Assembly: GCA_964016885.1 (NCBI GenBank)
Contig: OZ024743.1
Location: 48,484,001 to 48,548,000, forward strand
Length of the DNA: 64,000 nt
DNA from: Eledone cirrhosa
Taxonomy: Eukaryota
Direction: 5' to 3'
In this document: piece after piece, positions 63,133 to 64,000 of the stretch
Layout: each line of letters starts with the position of its first letter
How positions within the stretch are numbered: position 1 is the first letter of the stretch
The notes under the pieces: generated by a model
Told to the model about the DNA's origin: nothing
Database searches by the model: none
What the model saw: the letters and a program-made list of their open reading frames with translations, nothing else
Translations under genes and position numbers: made by a program

Positions 63133-63460
63133 ATGGCTGCAAGCTTGTGTTCGAGCATTGCCATCGCCCGATAAAATGCTAAAAAATGGGAGGCATGAAT
63201 GTGGCTCTTTAAGCCAGCCGAAGACTTGCACCCGCTGGTACCTGTAGGCTCTTCTGGGACTTTCCATTGCTTTGTTCTGGCTGTGTGTTCTTATGTTTGC
63301 CACATTCCTTACATCTTTTCAGATCATAATCTACATGAGGTCTACTGATATGACTTTGTTTGTGTCAAATCAAACCAGCTTTGCTCAGGCAGACTCGATC
63401 ACAGTGCTGGCAAACTAGATGATGCCAATTCCATTTTTTCTCTATAATCTCTGTTTTGTA
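63120..63460 (-). mobile_element. 3' end of another RTE-type LINE with C2H2 zinc fingers
   Basis: Minus strand CQHCDRVCLSKAGLI*H and CKSSAGLKSHIH, ending in (TCA)n. Confidence 0.65.
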
Positions 63461-63482
63461 TAGAACCTCACTCCCTTTTAAA

Positions 63483-63955
63483 ATATATATATATATATGA
63501 TATATATATATGATATAGATATATATGATATATATATATATGATTGATATATATATGATTGATATATATATATATATGATATATATATATATATGATATA
63601 TATGATATATATATATGATATATATATATATGATATATATATATGATATATATATATATATATATATATATGATATATATATATATGATATATATATATA
63701 TATATGATATATATATATATATATATGATACATATATATATATCATATATATATATATATATATCATATATATATATATGATCATCATCATCATCATCAT
63801 CATGATATATATATATATATATATATGATATATATATATCATATATATATATCATATATATATCATATATCATATATATATATGATATATATATATCATA
63901 TATATATATATATATATCATATATATGATATATATATATATATGATATATATATC
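63483..63955. repeat. (TA)n/TGA/TCA compound microsatellite
   Basis: Directly visible. Confidence 0.95.
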
Positions 63956-64000
63956 ATCATCATCATCATCATTGTTTAACGTCCATGTTCCACGCTTGCA
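63955..64000 (-). mobile_element. 3' tail of a further RTE PHD-family copy, running off the window end
   Basis: (CAT)n GTTTAACGTCCATGTTCCACGCTTGCA is the reverse complement of the copy B/I terminus. Confidence 0.8.

Overview
AT-rich, repeat-dense animal genomic DNA, probably cephalopod (Octopus-like; inferred from repeat types, not proven). The only host-gene signal is three small + strand GT-AG exons (93, 131 and 60 nt) of a PP2A B56 regulatory subunit (PPP2R5A/E/widerborst-like), separated by 4.1-kb and 25.2-kb introns. I did not find the flanking exons, so the whole window is probably intragenic. The rest is transposon-derived: many RTE-clade LINE copies, CR1-like and L1/Tx1-like fragments, a decayed Penelope-like element (RT + GIY-YIG), tRNA-derived SINEs, two TTAA/piggyBac-type MITE families, two non-autonomous Helitrons, and mini/microsatellites. 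Highlights: (1) the dominant young RTE family has a complete C4HC3 PHD finger inserted inside its reverse transcriptase; (2) small fold-back Penelope-type elements in (TA)n tracts carry hammerhead ribozymes, one of them textbook-intact (6267-6337, minus strand), while every sense-strand copy has a damaged core; (3) a SINE insertion appears to have template-switched onto neighbouring DNA, creating a ~450-bp inverted repeat just upstream of the 60-nt exon. Most short ORFs in the track are microsatellite or antisense artefacts. Boundaries of old repeats are approximate.
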